Shown one piece after another: positions 28,022 to 40,489 of a stretch of DNA of 64,000 nucleotides. The translations under genes and the position numbers were made by a program. Positions within the stretch are counted from its first letter, which is position 1. Each line of letters starts with the position of its first letter. This stretch comes from Selaginella moellendorffii (taxonomy: Eukaryota > Plantae > Lycopodiophyta). The stretch is from positions 224,575-288,574 of the forward strand of contig NW_003314354.1 of assembly GCF_000143415.4 (NCBI RefSeq), given 5' to 3'. The notes beneath the pieces are model-generated. The model worked only from the letters and a program-made list of their open reading frames with translations. It ran no database searches and was not told the origin of the DNA.

Positions 28022-29214
28022 ATGGTGAGTGTTCTTCAAATTTCTTTCATTCTTTTGTTCTAACGAGTGGATAATGCAGGCCGAGTGTCTGGCTTGGCGC
28101 GACTTGTCACACAAAGAGCTGGCTCACATTTTTGATGACTCGGAGACCCCAAGTGACGTGCGGAGGTAAGCAAACAGCTCCATGGCTGAGCTTCTTTCTC
28201 CCTTCATGGCTTTCTGGATCTTAGGCATTTAGGAGAAGCGATGAAGCTGAATGATGGAAGCATTTGTTCCGAGATACTGCTTGACTTGCACTACGGCTCC
28301 CTCTAGTAGGATTTTCTACATGTCTTTCTCACTCACTGGCTTCTCGAATCCTTGTCAAGCTTTGCACAGGAACAGGGCTTCTCCCTTGAGAAGATGTCAG
28401 CCTTCGTCTCAATAGTCAAGGCAATTCACGACCAAGCCATTGGTAAATCCTCCATCAACCATTCTTAAGTGTCCACGTACTAATTTCTTTCACTTTTTGC
28501 CTTAAAGGCATGCGTTTAACAGTAGAAAGAAGCTGGGAAACAGCAAAGAACCTCTTTCTCTTGCACAGCGTCCAGCGACCACCATTCTCAATCGGCTTGT
28601 TTACATTTGGAGATCTCCAAGAGATAACGAGATACGTCCTCAACACGTAAAACAATCTTCCCAGCTTCAAAGCTTCTACTCGATGAGTCCAGCTCCTATG
28701 CTCTTTCCTCTCACAGATACTACAGACACTTCAAGCTCTACCAATACGCGTTCTGCCCGACTTACTACCTCAACATGGACACTTGGGAGTATAATCTCGT
28801 AGAGCTAGCCCCGGAGCTAAAGTCGCTAGATCTCGCAATAACACAGGAGGAATACGACGTCCAACAGGAAGCTCTCAGGAAACAGCAAGAGGTGGGCGAC
28901 GAGTTTCACAAGCTTTACGAGCAAAATCTTCTCCTGCGCAGGAGGAACAAGCAAAAAGGCTCGAAGACAAGCGGCTGGCTGAAGAAGCCGAGAGGCAAGC
29001 CAGGATCGAGGCACAGTATCGAGGTAGAGGCTACTTACTTGGGCTTGGATCTCCAATGCTAAGCTGGTTCTCGCCGCTTCCAGCGTCCATCCCGGATGAG
29101 ATCACAAGAAAAGTCAACCAGGTTGTTTCGCGCTACATGGATGAGATGCGGGCCGAGTTTGACGCCAAGCTGGAACAAAAACTCGCCGAGCTGGGGGCTG
29201 GAGCTGCAAAATAG
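28022..29214 (+). CDS. Flagellar central-pair C1a-32/CLAMP-domain protein (CFAP119/CCDC189-like)
   Basis: Spliced MAECLAWRDL...ILLDLHY...FAQEQGFSLEKMSAFVSIVKAIH...LFLLHSVQRPPFSIGLFT...YVLNTYYRHFKLYQYAF, followed by a coiled-coil tail. Confidence 0.75.
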
Positions 29215-29253
29215 TACTTAAAAGTTCATCTTTGGCGTGTGTACCTCATCAGC

Positions 29254-31075
29254 TCAGTGCCTCCAGCTAGTCCATTTTATACAGGTTGGATTGCAAGGAT
29301 ACGGACAGTCGATGCTTTTCCACGAAGAGCCGCCTCTTGCGAAGTACCAGTCTCCGAAGGCTTCTCTTATCGTCTGCGCAAAACCAAAAGTGTGAGCATT
29401 CTACGTGAAATGAGAATATCGACAGACCTTGTTTCCTATCGTGTTTGTGTTCCAAGTTAACCCTTCAAGCTGACAGTGACTGAAGCACGAATCTATGAAG
29501 AGACCACTCTGATCCACACCTCGCACGTATTCCACGGCCTTTAGAAACTCCGTCCTGAAACCTGGGAGCCCATGGATTTATGCATCGAAAAAGATACGTG
29601 ATTGATTGATACCTTGCAAAACGCTGAGCTGATCCTGGGAACAGACGTACGGGTTATACTTGCAAGTAGTCCACTTCCTGTCAGGGTCGGCTGCGTCTGG
29701 AATGAAAATGTTCTGGATCTGAGGATTCACACGAATTTGTCACTTCCTTGGAACAAGCATTAGCTTTTGCGCTTACTTGCCAAACATCATACGCTGGATT
29801 GACAAAGAAAATGGGGACGTGGATGTGAGGAGCGACGTACTGAGGAAAGAAACACTGAACAAGCGACGTAAGAGCTACGTAGAAAAGGAGTTGTGAAATA
29901 CCTGTGCATCGTGTTCTGCAACGCAGGCTTCTGGCAGGTTCTCTCGGGCATTCTGCGACGATGCATGAGTGTGGAAACAAGAATGCTGAAACGAAACACT
30001 TACATGGATATCCACCACGTCCTTGAAAAAGGAACGAAACGAGAAGTTGCCTGCTATATCTTTCCTGTCAAAGAGCTTGGAAACATCAGAAACAGCTGCT
30101 TTAAACGAAACCGAACTTCACGTACGCATCCAAGAAATATCCTCCATCGCTGACGCATTTGACGTATGTCGTCCGTGGCAAAAGCTCCTTAAAGCTCGAG
30201 CAATGAAGAGTAGCCGCTAGACCTCCAGCCGAACATCCACCTAGAAGTGCCTACATAATTGGAATCGATAAGAACTACCAAAAGTAAAGAAAAAATCCGG
30301 ACTAACCATCTCAGCGTTGCTCATACCCTTGCTCAAAAGATCCGAGACAACCGCCTTCCATATCTTCTCTCCTCTATACATGAGACCCAAGGCCTGCTGG
30401 CTATCGCTGTCGAAGGCCACCGTCACCGTGGTATTCACATTTCCTGCGAAGGATGCTCCATCACAGTACTTGACTTTCACCCGGTTCCAATTGTAAAAAT
30501 CTAAACCTCCAGTAGCAAAATCAATCCACATTGCTGGAAAGAAAAACCACTCACCTGGATTTTCTTGAGCCGAATTGCTGAGAATCCCGAGAAACAGCGT
30601 CTGTCTATCCATGAGATCGGAGGAGCCGAAGGAGGTTCGAGCGCGCTGTGCACAAGATGCGTGATCGGAACACCATGCTCCACCCTGAAAGAATCTGTCA
30701 AATAAAATAAAATCTCTCGAGCTAAAGCTCACCTCCAAGAACACGATCCAGTTCCTGGAACCAGATCCAGTGCCTGGATGCCAGTGATACGCAGGCGGAC
30801 TGCCATCCAGACACACTGCGCAAGAGAAAGACGATCAATCCAGAATGCCAAGAAAGATCGATCGGTCTTTTACCAGCGCCACCGTGAACAGCCGCCTGGA
30901 GGACCGTAATATCCACCCACAGCTCAGCGTCAGCGTACGAAGTGTAGTGCTTCCAGATGCGCAGCAAGAATTCCATCTTCAAGATCGCGGCGAGGACGAT
31001 CCCGACGGCGAATGCGGCCCCGGCGAGCTCCATCCAGCCCCATTTCTTCCCCCACACTAGCATTCTCTTCCCCAT
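29254..31075 (-). CDS. Pectin acetylesterase (PAE/Notum family)
   Basis: [40 protein letters not shown] catalytic motif, [16 protein letters not shown] and C-terminal [11 protein letters not shown]. Confidence 0.93.
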
Positions 31076-31479
31076 AAACCCTATTGAAATCCATTGGTCA
31101 TAAGGGGCTAAAGTATGGAGACAAAATAAATCATCCGCGGGAATTTCAAAGTATCAGGGATATTCCGGCAATCTGTGAGTAGCATATTCCGGCGGGGTTC
31201 TAGATCGATCTTGGCATTTGTATAGAACATTTACATCATGAAGAAGATGTCCTTGTAACACTTAGCAACTTTGCCAAGTGCTTTTATCCTCTGTTGCCAC
31301 TGGCTTCCTTTTGTACTTGTTCCCTGGGATCAGACACCGGAAGAAGATGAACAATGTGGAAAAATTATTGCCATTTTGAAGTCAAAAGAAAATGCAATAG
31401 TAACCATTCTGTCAGTCCACCTAATAAACCTTAGGTCTAGCAATATTAGATGACACTCCTAAACCCTAAAGAAACCAAG

Positions 31480-33990
31480 ATCGGCAAGAAAAGAATAACT
31501 TTAGAACATTTTTACATTTTTGGTTTGCTTAAACTAAGGATGGTAGTGAATATGCTTAGAATATGTTTGGATATTTTACTATTTAACGGTTGTTATTCAT
31601 TTAAATCAATCTTGTATTTATAATTTATAAACATGTTTATAATATATAAACTTTCTTAAACCCTTTCTACTATATTCCTCTTTTATAAAACATCTCATTT
31701 CATGTCTAATGAGAAAACGTTAATACTTTTTAGTCAAATGGTAAGTTATCCTTCTAGATAAATTAGATTAAATTGCTTTCTTCCTTATATATAAAAAAGG
31801 TAGTTTAATATTTCTACAAACTTTTGAGTTTGAATATATATTTTTTTAAATTAAAATAATAATTTTTAAGTATTTCTCTTTCCAAAAACCTTTAAAAATC
31901 ACATTTTGAGATTCAAAAACTAGTTTAAAGCTTTTATATTCTTTAAATATGTATTTATTATATAGTAACTTTTACTTTTATATTTATAATTTATAAAAAC
32001 AAATTTTTATTTTCAAAAAAAAAAGAAAGTAAAATTATGGAAGAGACAAAAGAGAACAACCATTGCGATGTAACCACATTTTTGTCAAAATAATATTAAT
32101 TTGAAAAGAAATCATATAAAATTATTAATTTTTATTGGTATTGAAATCTAATTTTTCTAAATTAGAAAATTTAGAAATTTATCATAGTACTTATATTATA
32201 AAACTTATAAAACTTATTTAATACAAGTTATTAAATATATGTCCACTATAATTTTTTCATTTTTTCCTACAACACTATGAATTTGTTACTTTTTTATCCT
32301 TCAATAATTTTCTTAATTATTAAAAATAAACAATTACATAAATATCTAATTGTGACTTTTATACTTAATCTTATTTTGTAAAAAATGTTATTATAATGAT
32401 CTCAATAAATCACTAAAAATATACAAACCAGGGCTAATTTCAACTTAATTTCATAATTTAAATACACTACTACTACAATGAGCATAGTGTATTCAAAGAA
32501 TTATTTTTATATATCAAACATCATAATGATGTAATTAAAAAAAGAAAATTTTTGATAATATCTTTACTTGTGTGTGGGACTATTATTCTTTGTTCATTTT
32601 TTTAGTTCACTTATAAATTTGAGATATGGTAAGTTATATGGTCAATTATAACATTCAAAATATAATTTTCCATATAATTTAGAATAATAGTCATATAATT
32701 TTTCTTATAATTTTATATGTATTCTGATTTGATTTAACTATTTATCCATATACTAAATAAGCATAATTAGCATATAGAAATATATTATATGTGATAAATA
32801 TATATTTACCTATATATTAGAATGTATTTCAATATATCTTATCAAATCTTTTAACCTCTTAAATGGTCAATATACTTTTGTTTCAAATATTTGTTATAAA
32901 TACTTCCAAAGATATTACCAAATGTTTAATCTATTACAAATTATTTTGTTTTGGTTTTCTTCCACTATATAACTTATCTTCAATTTTTCAAACCCTTTGA
33001 TGTTTTGAAGGGTATATTTCTTTCTCCTAAATAACTTTATAATGCCTTTTAGTATATTTATTTGTAATTTTTTAACTTTAGCCTCCTATACAAAATTCAA
33101 TTAATCATACACATAACTGCTGAAATGAAAATTAAGATAGTTATTTGATCTTTTAAAGAGTATTTAGGTTTATTTAGTGATGTGGTTTTCACCCTTCACT
33201 CTATTTTAGGATAACTATGGCTAAGGGCAATTATGTAATACACTTAAATTTTGAGTTGAACTCCAAACTTATTACATTACAAAGCAAATATGCTGAAATT
33301 ATGCAAACCTTGATACTTATAAAGGATTTTGAATGTATACTAAACTTCAATGGCAATGCAAAGAGGTGAGTACCTCACTGATTAGAGCAACATGGAATTT
33401 GGACTTTAACCTAAGTTGAATACACATAACTATGTTTTTATAATTATTATATATTTACAATTAGACACTTTTCCCTTATATGAAAACACATTTTGGGCTT
33501 TTTCCTTAATCCCAAGATTTATCTTGAAAACTTATTATAGCATTAAATGTAGGTTTACTTCTAAACATTTACAATAAATAGTATATAGGACTTAAATTGA
33601 ACCAACAGATAAAGTATGATAACAAGTGATACAATAACCTATCATGTAGCAATATTAAGGAATTAAACTCAATATTATAAAGTTCTTGATAGTAACAAGT
33701 GCAAATTAATAATATGAATCTCTTATATCAAGTTGAGTATGCTCAACAAACAATATATAGGAATTCCTACTTTATGTTTATCCAATCAAAGTGCACATCA
33801 TTGATGGTTTGTTAGTTGATATTAAAAATATTTTTCAGCCAAGTCTTTTTAGACATTAGTAGGAAGTTAGTACTTTTTAGTTTTCTTAATAATTTCAACT
33901 TACTGATCACATACAAGTTTATAAGTTAATATAAAGCACACTTTATAAAAAATACACCAACTTGAGGAAAATACTTTTCTTTTATGTCAA
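31480..33990. other. Roughly 2.5 kb very AT-rich, CpG-poor non-coding island
   Basis: No ORF of 60 aa or more in the track. Visibly around three-quarters or more A+T, against roughly half in the flanks. Confidence 0.8.
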
Positions 33991-34387
33991 AAGACGCATG
34001 CAGAGATATAGAGATGGATTGGCATTTGTAATGTAAATGTTCTCATAACACTCATTAACTTTGCCAAGTGCTTTCATCCTCTACCGCTGGCTCCCTCTTG
34101 CGCTTGTTCCCCTCGCCACCCTTGGGATCAGGAGTGGTGGTGCTCTCTTGACGATCCCGGACAGGTCCTCTGCAACCGCGCCTAGGGCTGGACATGATCA
34201 AGGAAGCTCAAGGAGAATATGCTGCCCGTAGCCTGTGTGCGTCCAAGATTTAAAGAGTTTTTGTCCGTTTTTTTTTACATTTGTAATTAAAATAAACTCC
34301 TTTTTCTCCATCTTTTTCTTGAAGCTGGGTGCCTTTTTCTGCAAAACAAATCCTTTAGGTTTTCCTAACCATTCATTTTTTCGAGCG

Positions 34388-35389
34388 ATGGCAGACTATG
34401 TGTGGGCGAGTGACGCGAGGTTGCTAGGCGCTGGAGCGGATGGAGAGGTGAGGGTTGGGTTCCACCGAGAGACTGGAGACAAAGTAGCCATGAAGAAGAT
34501 GTACGAGCACGAGTACCTTTACGATGCCATCATCAACGAGTCGGAGATCCTGGAAGAGGTAGCGCACGACAACGTTGTCAATCTCCTTGGGTTGACCTGC
34601 AACAACCAGGGTACGTTCATGGTGATGGAGCTCATGGACGGGAGTTTGAGCGATGTGATCTCGTCACGCAAGCTTGGGGAGCACGACATCAGGGCCGTGA
34701 TGCGCCAGATCCTCGAGGGCCTGGCGTGGATTCACGCGCACAGAATCGTTCACCAAGACGTCAAGACGAGCAACGTTCTCGTCAAAAGGGATGGAGAGAA
34801 GAATAAGTTTGTGGTGAAGCTGGCGGACTTCGCTACCGCGAGGAGGCTGCGGACACGCCCCTGGTCGAACAAGGTCGGGACCTTAACGTTCAACGCTCCG
34901 GAGCTTCTCAAGGGTGCCACCAGCTTTGGCACCGCAATCGACGTGTGGGGCGCCGGGTGTGTATTCGCGGAGATGCTCCTGGGTAGCAATCCCTTTGACG
35001 TGCCCGACGAGGAGGATGGGGACTCGCTCGACTATTTTGTGGCTGATTTCGCCAAGAAGCTGGACATCGATGGCTGTGGCATGGGCTATCAAGACAGGCG
35101 CCGAGAGCGAGCACGCGAGAGGATCTTGGAGAAGATGGCGTGGTGGAAAGCCGAGGACGTGAGAAGCGGAATTAAAGACCCCGAGGCGGTGGAGCTGCTC
35201 AAGAGGATGCTGGCGATTGATCCGGCGAGGAGGATCTCGGCACAAAACGCCTTGAAGATGCCATATTTCCAAGAGAAGGCCGAGGACACAGCCAGGCCAG
35301 TGCTCCCGACAATGACGACTGCGAGTGGAAATTTTAGACCAGCTTGGGTTAAAATCAACAACGCAGCCCCATCAATAGCTACAATGTAA
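34388..35389 (+). CDS. Intronless Ser/Thr kinase, CDK/MAPK (CMGC)-like, non-RD
   Basis: LGAGADGEV, VAMKK, HQDVKTSNVL, KLADFA, VGTLTFNAPELL, IDVWGAGCVFAEML and DPARRISAQNAL. Confidence 0.88.
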   Translation: MADYVWASDARLLGAGADGEVRVGFHRETGDKVAMKKMYEHEYLYDAIINESEILEEVAHDNVVNLLGLTCNNQGTFMVMELMDGSLSDVISSRKLGEHDIRAVMRQILEGLAWIHAHRIVHQDVKTSNVLVKRDGEKNKFVVKLADFATARRLRTRPWSNKVGTLTFNAPELLKGATSFGTAIDVWGAGCVFAEMLLGSNPFDVPDEEDGDSLDYFVADFAKKLDIDGCGMGYQDRRRERARERILEKMAWWKAEDVRSGIKDPEAVELLKRMLAIDPARRISAQNALKMPYFQEKAEDTARPVLPTMTTASGNFRPAWVKINNAAPSIATM

Positions 35390-35569
35390 ACAATGTGAAT
35401 GTATACATTCAAAGTTTTTGCAAAATATTTTATCTTTTTCTCTAAGTAGATCATGTAAAAGCTTAATCATGCCCAAGCAATGCTAAATTCATTCAAAGTT
35501 TTTGTATTCCTTTTTCTTGGCTAAAAGAATATTCAAGAAAAAAAGATTGTAAACAATGAACCACTTGTG

Positions 35570-38500
35570 TTACTGTTGGTGGTGGTGGTGACCCTGGCGG
35601 TGGTGGTAACGATGCTCGTGCACTCTAGAAGGCAAGAAGTAAGTTCCCCGCTGATTCTTCATAAGCTGGCCACGCAGAAGTAGCTCATGGACAGCATCTT
35701 TCATCTCTTGAGAAAGCGAATCATGCGACACCTACAATCCAAGGACACGTCAAACAGATAAAGATCTACCAAGCGAATACCTTGAGATTCACAAGTAAGC
35801 ACGTTGTTAAGGAATGATAAACACCAGAGGGACTATCAAATAACCTGTCAGACTATTGTAAACTTCAAGACACACAGCTTACGATTGTACACTCCGACAA
35901 TTGGCAAAAATGATAGTGAAATCGATCGTCTGCAGCCTGTGGATGAAGTACTCACTTAGCCTGCTCGCGCAATCAGTGTCCGCAAGCCAATTTAAAATTT
36001 CCGCCATAAGTCCTAGCTGCTTATCGGACAAGCGGATTATCCAATCTCATAATTCATCACCAAGATCTGGGAAACTATAGCACAGTGCCCCTGGTAACAC
36101 CCCTGCACTCGTTTCGAAGTTTCCATAAGAGCAAGTCACGGCCAAATGCAGCCTGGGCTTCATCAACTATAAGAAGCCTATTCGGACCAGCGAGGCCAAG
36201 GAGATCCGTCACCTCAACACCTGTAGCACTGGGAATTAATTCAAAGCGAAGTGCAGACGCTACACTGACCATATGTATGCTTGAGAAGCTGCTCAGAAGT
36301 AATGGTGTCACAGACAGCAGCAAGATTTATAAAATAGACAACTTCCGAGTCTCGTGCTTGATACGAATATGCTGGCATATCATATTCTCCAGAGCTCTCT
36401 GTGTTTTCCTTTGTAGCCTCTTGTGATGAACGAGACCCTCTTCATCCTTATCATGGTATCGGAGCACTCAAAGACGTTTTGGAAGTTTTTTACGGCAGAG
36501 ATTTTTAAGGTTGCAGCCGAGAAAGAGTGGAACATACAAAACACTCAATCTCCCACCGAAGTGGACCTTGTCACGGTGTTTCTCAAGGGCATTCCAACAG
36601 CGTTTCAACTTGCTGCCGCTGGACATGTGGCCACCAAACTTTGATGAGGTCGTTAACGAGATGTTAGCACTGGAAACCTTGTTAGGAGGATCTCAGTTTC
36701 TCGAAGAAATTCCTTGCGATTTGGCTGTGTTTGCTGGTTCTAAGGCCAAGGCCTCAATCTAGGGCCGCTGCTGCCAAAGAACGCAAACAAGAAGGTCAAA
36801 ACGAGCGAAAGAGAAACAAGAAGAAAAAAAATAAGTATCTGTAGGATATGACTCACCTCCAAAGCCTTTTCTCGCATTTAGGAGAAGTTCCAGACGGGAA
36901 GCGAATTTACCTCGGCGATGACTTTAAGGTTCGACTTGCCACAGGACAGGTTGTAGCAGTCAGTGGAGTCTACTACGTTCCTGGTGTTAAGAAGACACTC
37001 TTCTCCGTTGGAAAAATCACAGATCGTGATTGCGAACTTCTCTTTTCCAAGACGCAGTGTGCTGTAATGCGAGGCGAGACAGTTATAGTCAGTGGGAGGC
37101 GTTATGCTGGCCTTTACCGGTTAAATACAGAGGTGGAGTATCCAGTCAAGCCTAGCGAGCAGCTTCTTTTTGCAGGTCCTCAGCATGCGGTTGACCTCCA
37201 GACATGGCATCGCCGGCTTGGTCACATGAATTACCAGGATATTAAACAACTCGCGAGTTCAGGCATGGTTGACGGTCTTCACATCACTTCTTTGAAGCTG
37301 AGGTTTTGTGAGCCGTGCATTCTCGCAAAGCAGCACAGATTTCGTTTCAAGGCTGGTGCTGCTACAAGAGCTACCGAGATGTTAGAGCTCGTCCACTCTG
37401 ACATGTGTACAATGCCAGTACTTTCTCGAGGGGAGAAGCTCTATTTTGTGACCTTGTAGACGATTATTCCAGGATGAGCGATGGTATGGCAGAAAACCGG
37501 ATCTCAGTCATCTTCGAATTTTTGGATAAGGAAGCATCGCACTAAGCTTGAAGATTGGCTACAGTGATCACATGAAGGCCTACAAGCTCTTCAGTTTGTC
37601 CTCGTCCAAGATCTTCCACAGTCGTGATGTGATCTTCGATGAAACACGGATGTATGCAACCAGAAATCTCCATCCTCCAGTCAACCGTCAACGGTTTATG
37701 GTTCTTGACAGTGACGAGGAAGAAGACCCTAGCGCCCTTATAGCCGCAGCGGCAAGTGATGCTGAAGCGAGTACTCCAGCAAGTGGCGGCAACGAGGCGG
37801 TATTTTTGGCATGGGTGGGAGCGACAGTTTAGACTGGCTGGGAACTCCCACTTAAGCCAATCTCTCCACCGACTGGAGGAGACGTTCCATGCTGGCCTAG
37901 TCGCACACTCACAGAAGCAGGGGCACAATTTCAAGAACAGCTTGACTTTCAGGCTGCCCGCCGAGCTTCTCGGCAGCAAGCTCAAGCTAGGGAGCGTGCC
38001 CAGACAGCTCCAAGTGGTTCCAACACGTAGCAGCTCCTCCAGAAATGCATCAGGCGTTTCTGGAATTACCTTCTCCAGTTTTCCAGTTGCTATTTTGTCA
38101 AGGCCGAGATATCTTGGTTCCCAAGAATTTGCGTGAGGCACTCTCCAGTCATGAGCGCGAGCAGTGGCAAGCAGCAGCAAATTCTGAGTATTCATCTCTC
38201 ATGGAGAATGAGACATGAGACCTGGTCGACCTACCTCCTGGAAGGAAACCGATCAAGACTATGTGGCTTTTTCGAATCAAGACTGGAGCTGATAGAAACT
38301 TCTCAAGTACAAGGCAAGACTTGTAGCAAAGGGATACTCACAATGAAACGTTTTCTCCTGTCGCGAATATGGTCTCTATCCGCTTGCTACTCAATCTTGC
38401 AGCCCAGCAGAATTTAGAAGCGGAGCAGCTCGACGTAACCACAGCGTTTCTCCATGGCGATCTTGACGAGGAGGTTTATGTCCTATATGAAGGTGTGCAA

Positions 38501-39880
38501 GCTTAAGAAGGCTTTATATCAGTCTCCATGGCAGTGGTATGATAAGATGAACAGCTATCTACTCTCCACCGGTTTTGTGAGTATTTCAGCAGATTCTAAC
38601 GTTTATCTTCGCAAGTCAGGTATGACATATATTTATCTTGCACTCTATGTAGACGATTGTCTACTAGTCGGTTCAACTCGCATAGCTTTGCAGCAGCTCA
38701 AGCGTGAGCTACAGGCACGATTTAAGATGGTGGATCTTGGATCAGTGAAATATTGTTTCGGGATCGAGATTATACGCGACAGGCAGGCAGAAGTATGTTG
38801 ACGATATCTTGGAGAGGTTTCATCTTGCTGACCTGAATGAAGCGTCAACTCCTATGGAAGCCGGCCTCCATCTCAGCAAAGATCAAGTCCCACAAACAGT
38901 CGAGGAATGCGAGAAGATGAAGCAGATACCGTACCGCAGATGGTTGGCAGCTTAGTCTACCTGATGGGCTGCATGCGGCCAGCCAGGTTTGGCTTTTTCA
39001 GCGGGAGCAGTGTCCCCAGTTTCTCGAGACTCCAGGATTTCCTCATTGGTTGGCAGTCAAACGCATCTTTCGCTACTTGAAGGGGACCAGACATTATCGC
39101 ACTCACCAAGAATCCCAGGTACCATGGGTGTACCAAACATATCCAGGTGCAGTTCCATTATATTCGAGATCAAGTGAACCAGCGTGTTTTGGAGCTCATC
39201 CATTGTGGAACAACAGAACAGGTTGCAGATATTTTTACCAAGGCGTTACCTCTAGCTTTGTTCCAGCGACACGTACAAGCACTTGGCGTGAGAGAGCTCC
39301 TTGAGCGAGCACCTTGGAGTGATACGAATATGCTGGCATAGCATATTCTCCAGAGCTCTCTAGAGGCGCGGTAGGCAGTTAGGGGAGTGTTTTCCTTTGT
39401 AGCCTCTTGTGATGAATGAGACCCCTGTTCATCCTAATGCCCGATATGCTAACTGTGATTGATTCAGAATACAAACCATGCCAAGACTAAAATCAAGCCA
39501 TATAAGCTATGAAAAACATTACCATTGTAACAACTTCTCTATTGCTGAGTTCCTCGGCGTGTAACGCTCCTCTTCTAAGCCCTCTTTTAGTAAGCCCAGA
39601 CTTTGAAACACGCTGGGTGAAGTGTCTAACGAAACGATATCAGTAAAAGAATCACTCAGAATGCAGCCATACCACCCAAATCAAAATCAAGGCACTGGAA
39701 ACTGAAAAACCATGCACATACCTGGCTGTTTGAGGAGCGGCTGCAGCGTCTTAGCAGCAAAGAGAGGCACTTTGACGCCAATCACTTCCTCGTATGTGAG
39801 CTGCTCCAACTCTCCGACATATTCGTAGCCCTGTGCTTCCAGAATTTGCACAGACGTATCAATCACGCCCATTTCCATTC
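35570..39880 (-). pseudogene. SAM-like header plus P-loop NTPase gene relic (Crinkler/CR-NTPase-like), interrupted by the copia element
   Basis: 5' exons VQILEAQGYEYVGELEQLTYEEV and ERYTPRNSAIEKLLQ (39520-39880). 3' exons VVYFINL...RLLIVDEAQAAF..LLW (Walker B-like) and HELLLRGQL...YFLPSRVH (35570-36358). No Walker A found; stops present. Confidence 0.45.
36359..39440 (+). mobile_element. Degenerate Ty1/copia LTR retrotransposon (about 3.1 kb) with very short LTRs
   Basis: LTR-like direct repeats at 36359-36453 and 39320-~39437. PBS tggtatcggagc (tRNA-iMet type) at 36454. WHRRLGH/CxxC pre-integrase, LELVHSD integrase, QLDVTTAFLHGDL and LYVDD RT, and ADIFTKAL RNase H, in copia order with many frameshifts. 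Confidence 0.92.
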
Positions 39881-40489
39881 CTAAATCCTAAAGGCCACAA
39901 GAGTTTACAACTACGGAGTTAACTCTTCATGAGAGGAGAAAGAACTAGCACGGTATCCTCGGGGTGCTCAAGAAGCGAGCTCGAGCCTTTCATGCAAGGC
40001 ATCGCACAATAGGCTGACCAGTGCCTCTACTCGGCCAGGAGCGAGAGGTTGAGAAGACGTTTGGCACCGGAAGATCATTTCGAGTCCGCCGAATGCAATC
40101 GCTCGACTGGATCACGCTGCCGAAGGATTGAGTTATTTTCACCAGAAATGCTCGTCAGCGCTCGTGCCAGTTGAGAGAAGTTTTCGCTTTGCCTTGCTAA
40201 GGATATCAAATCTTATCACGCGTTTTCTTCGTAGCAGATCACAGTAAGTTTTCTCTTGCTTGGCTGACAAAAGAACTAATCTTTACTCGCCTACTTCCGA
40301 GCAAGATCCAGGTACAAACACAAACTTACAAACTTCGTTCTAGTTTTATCGCTCAAACTTCTTTGTTTGTTTGGTCCAGTTCTCTTCCACTTTCAGCTCA
40401 CTTTGCCAAAGAACGATGACACTTGAGCAAGATCGTGGACGTCGAGGATGAGCGAGCGAGTAGCGGAGATGGCTACCAACGATCAATGG

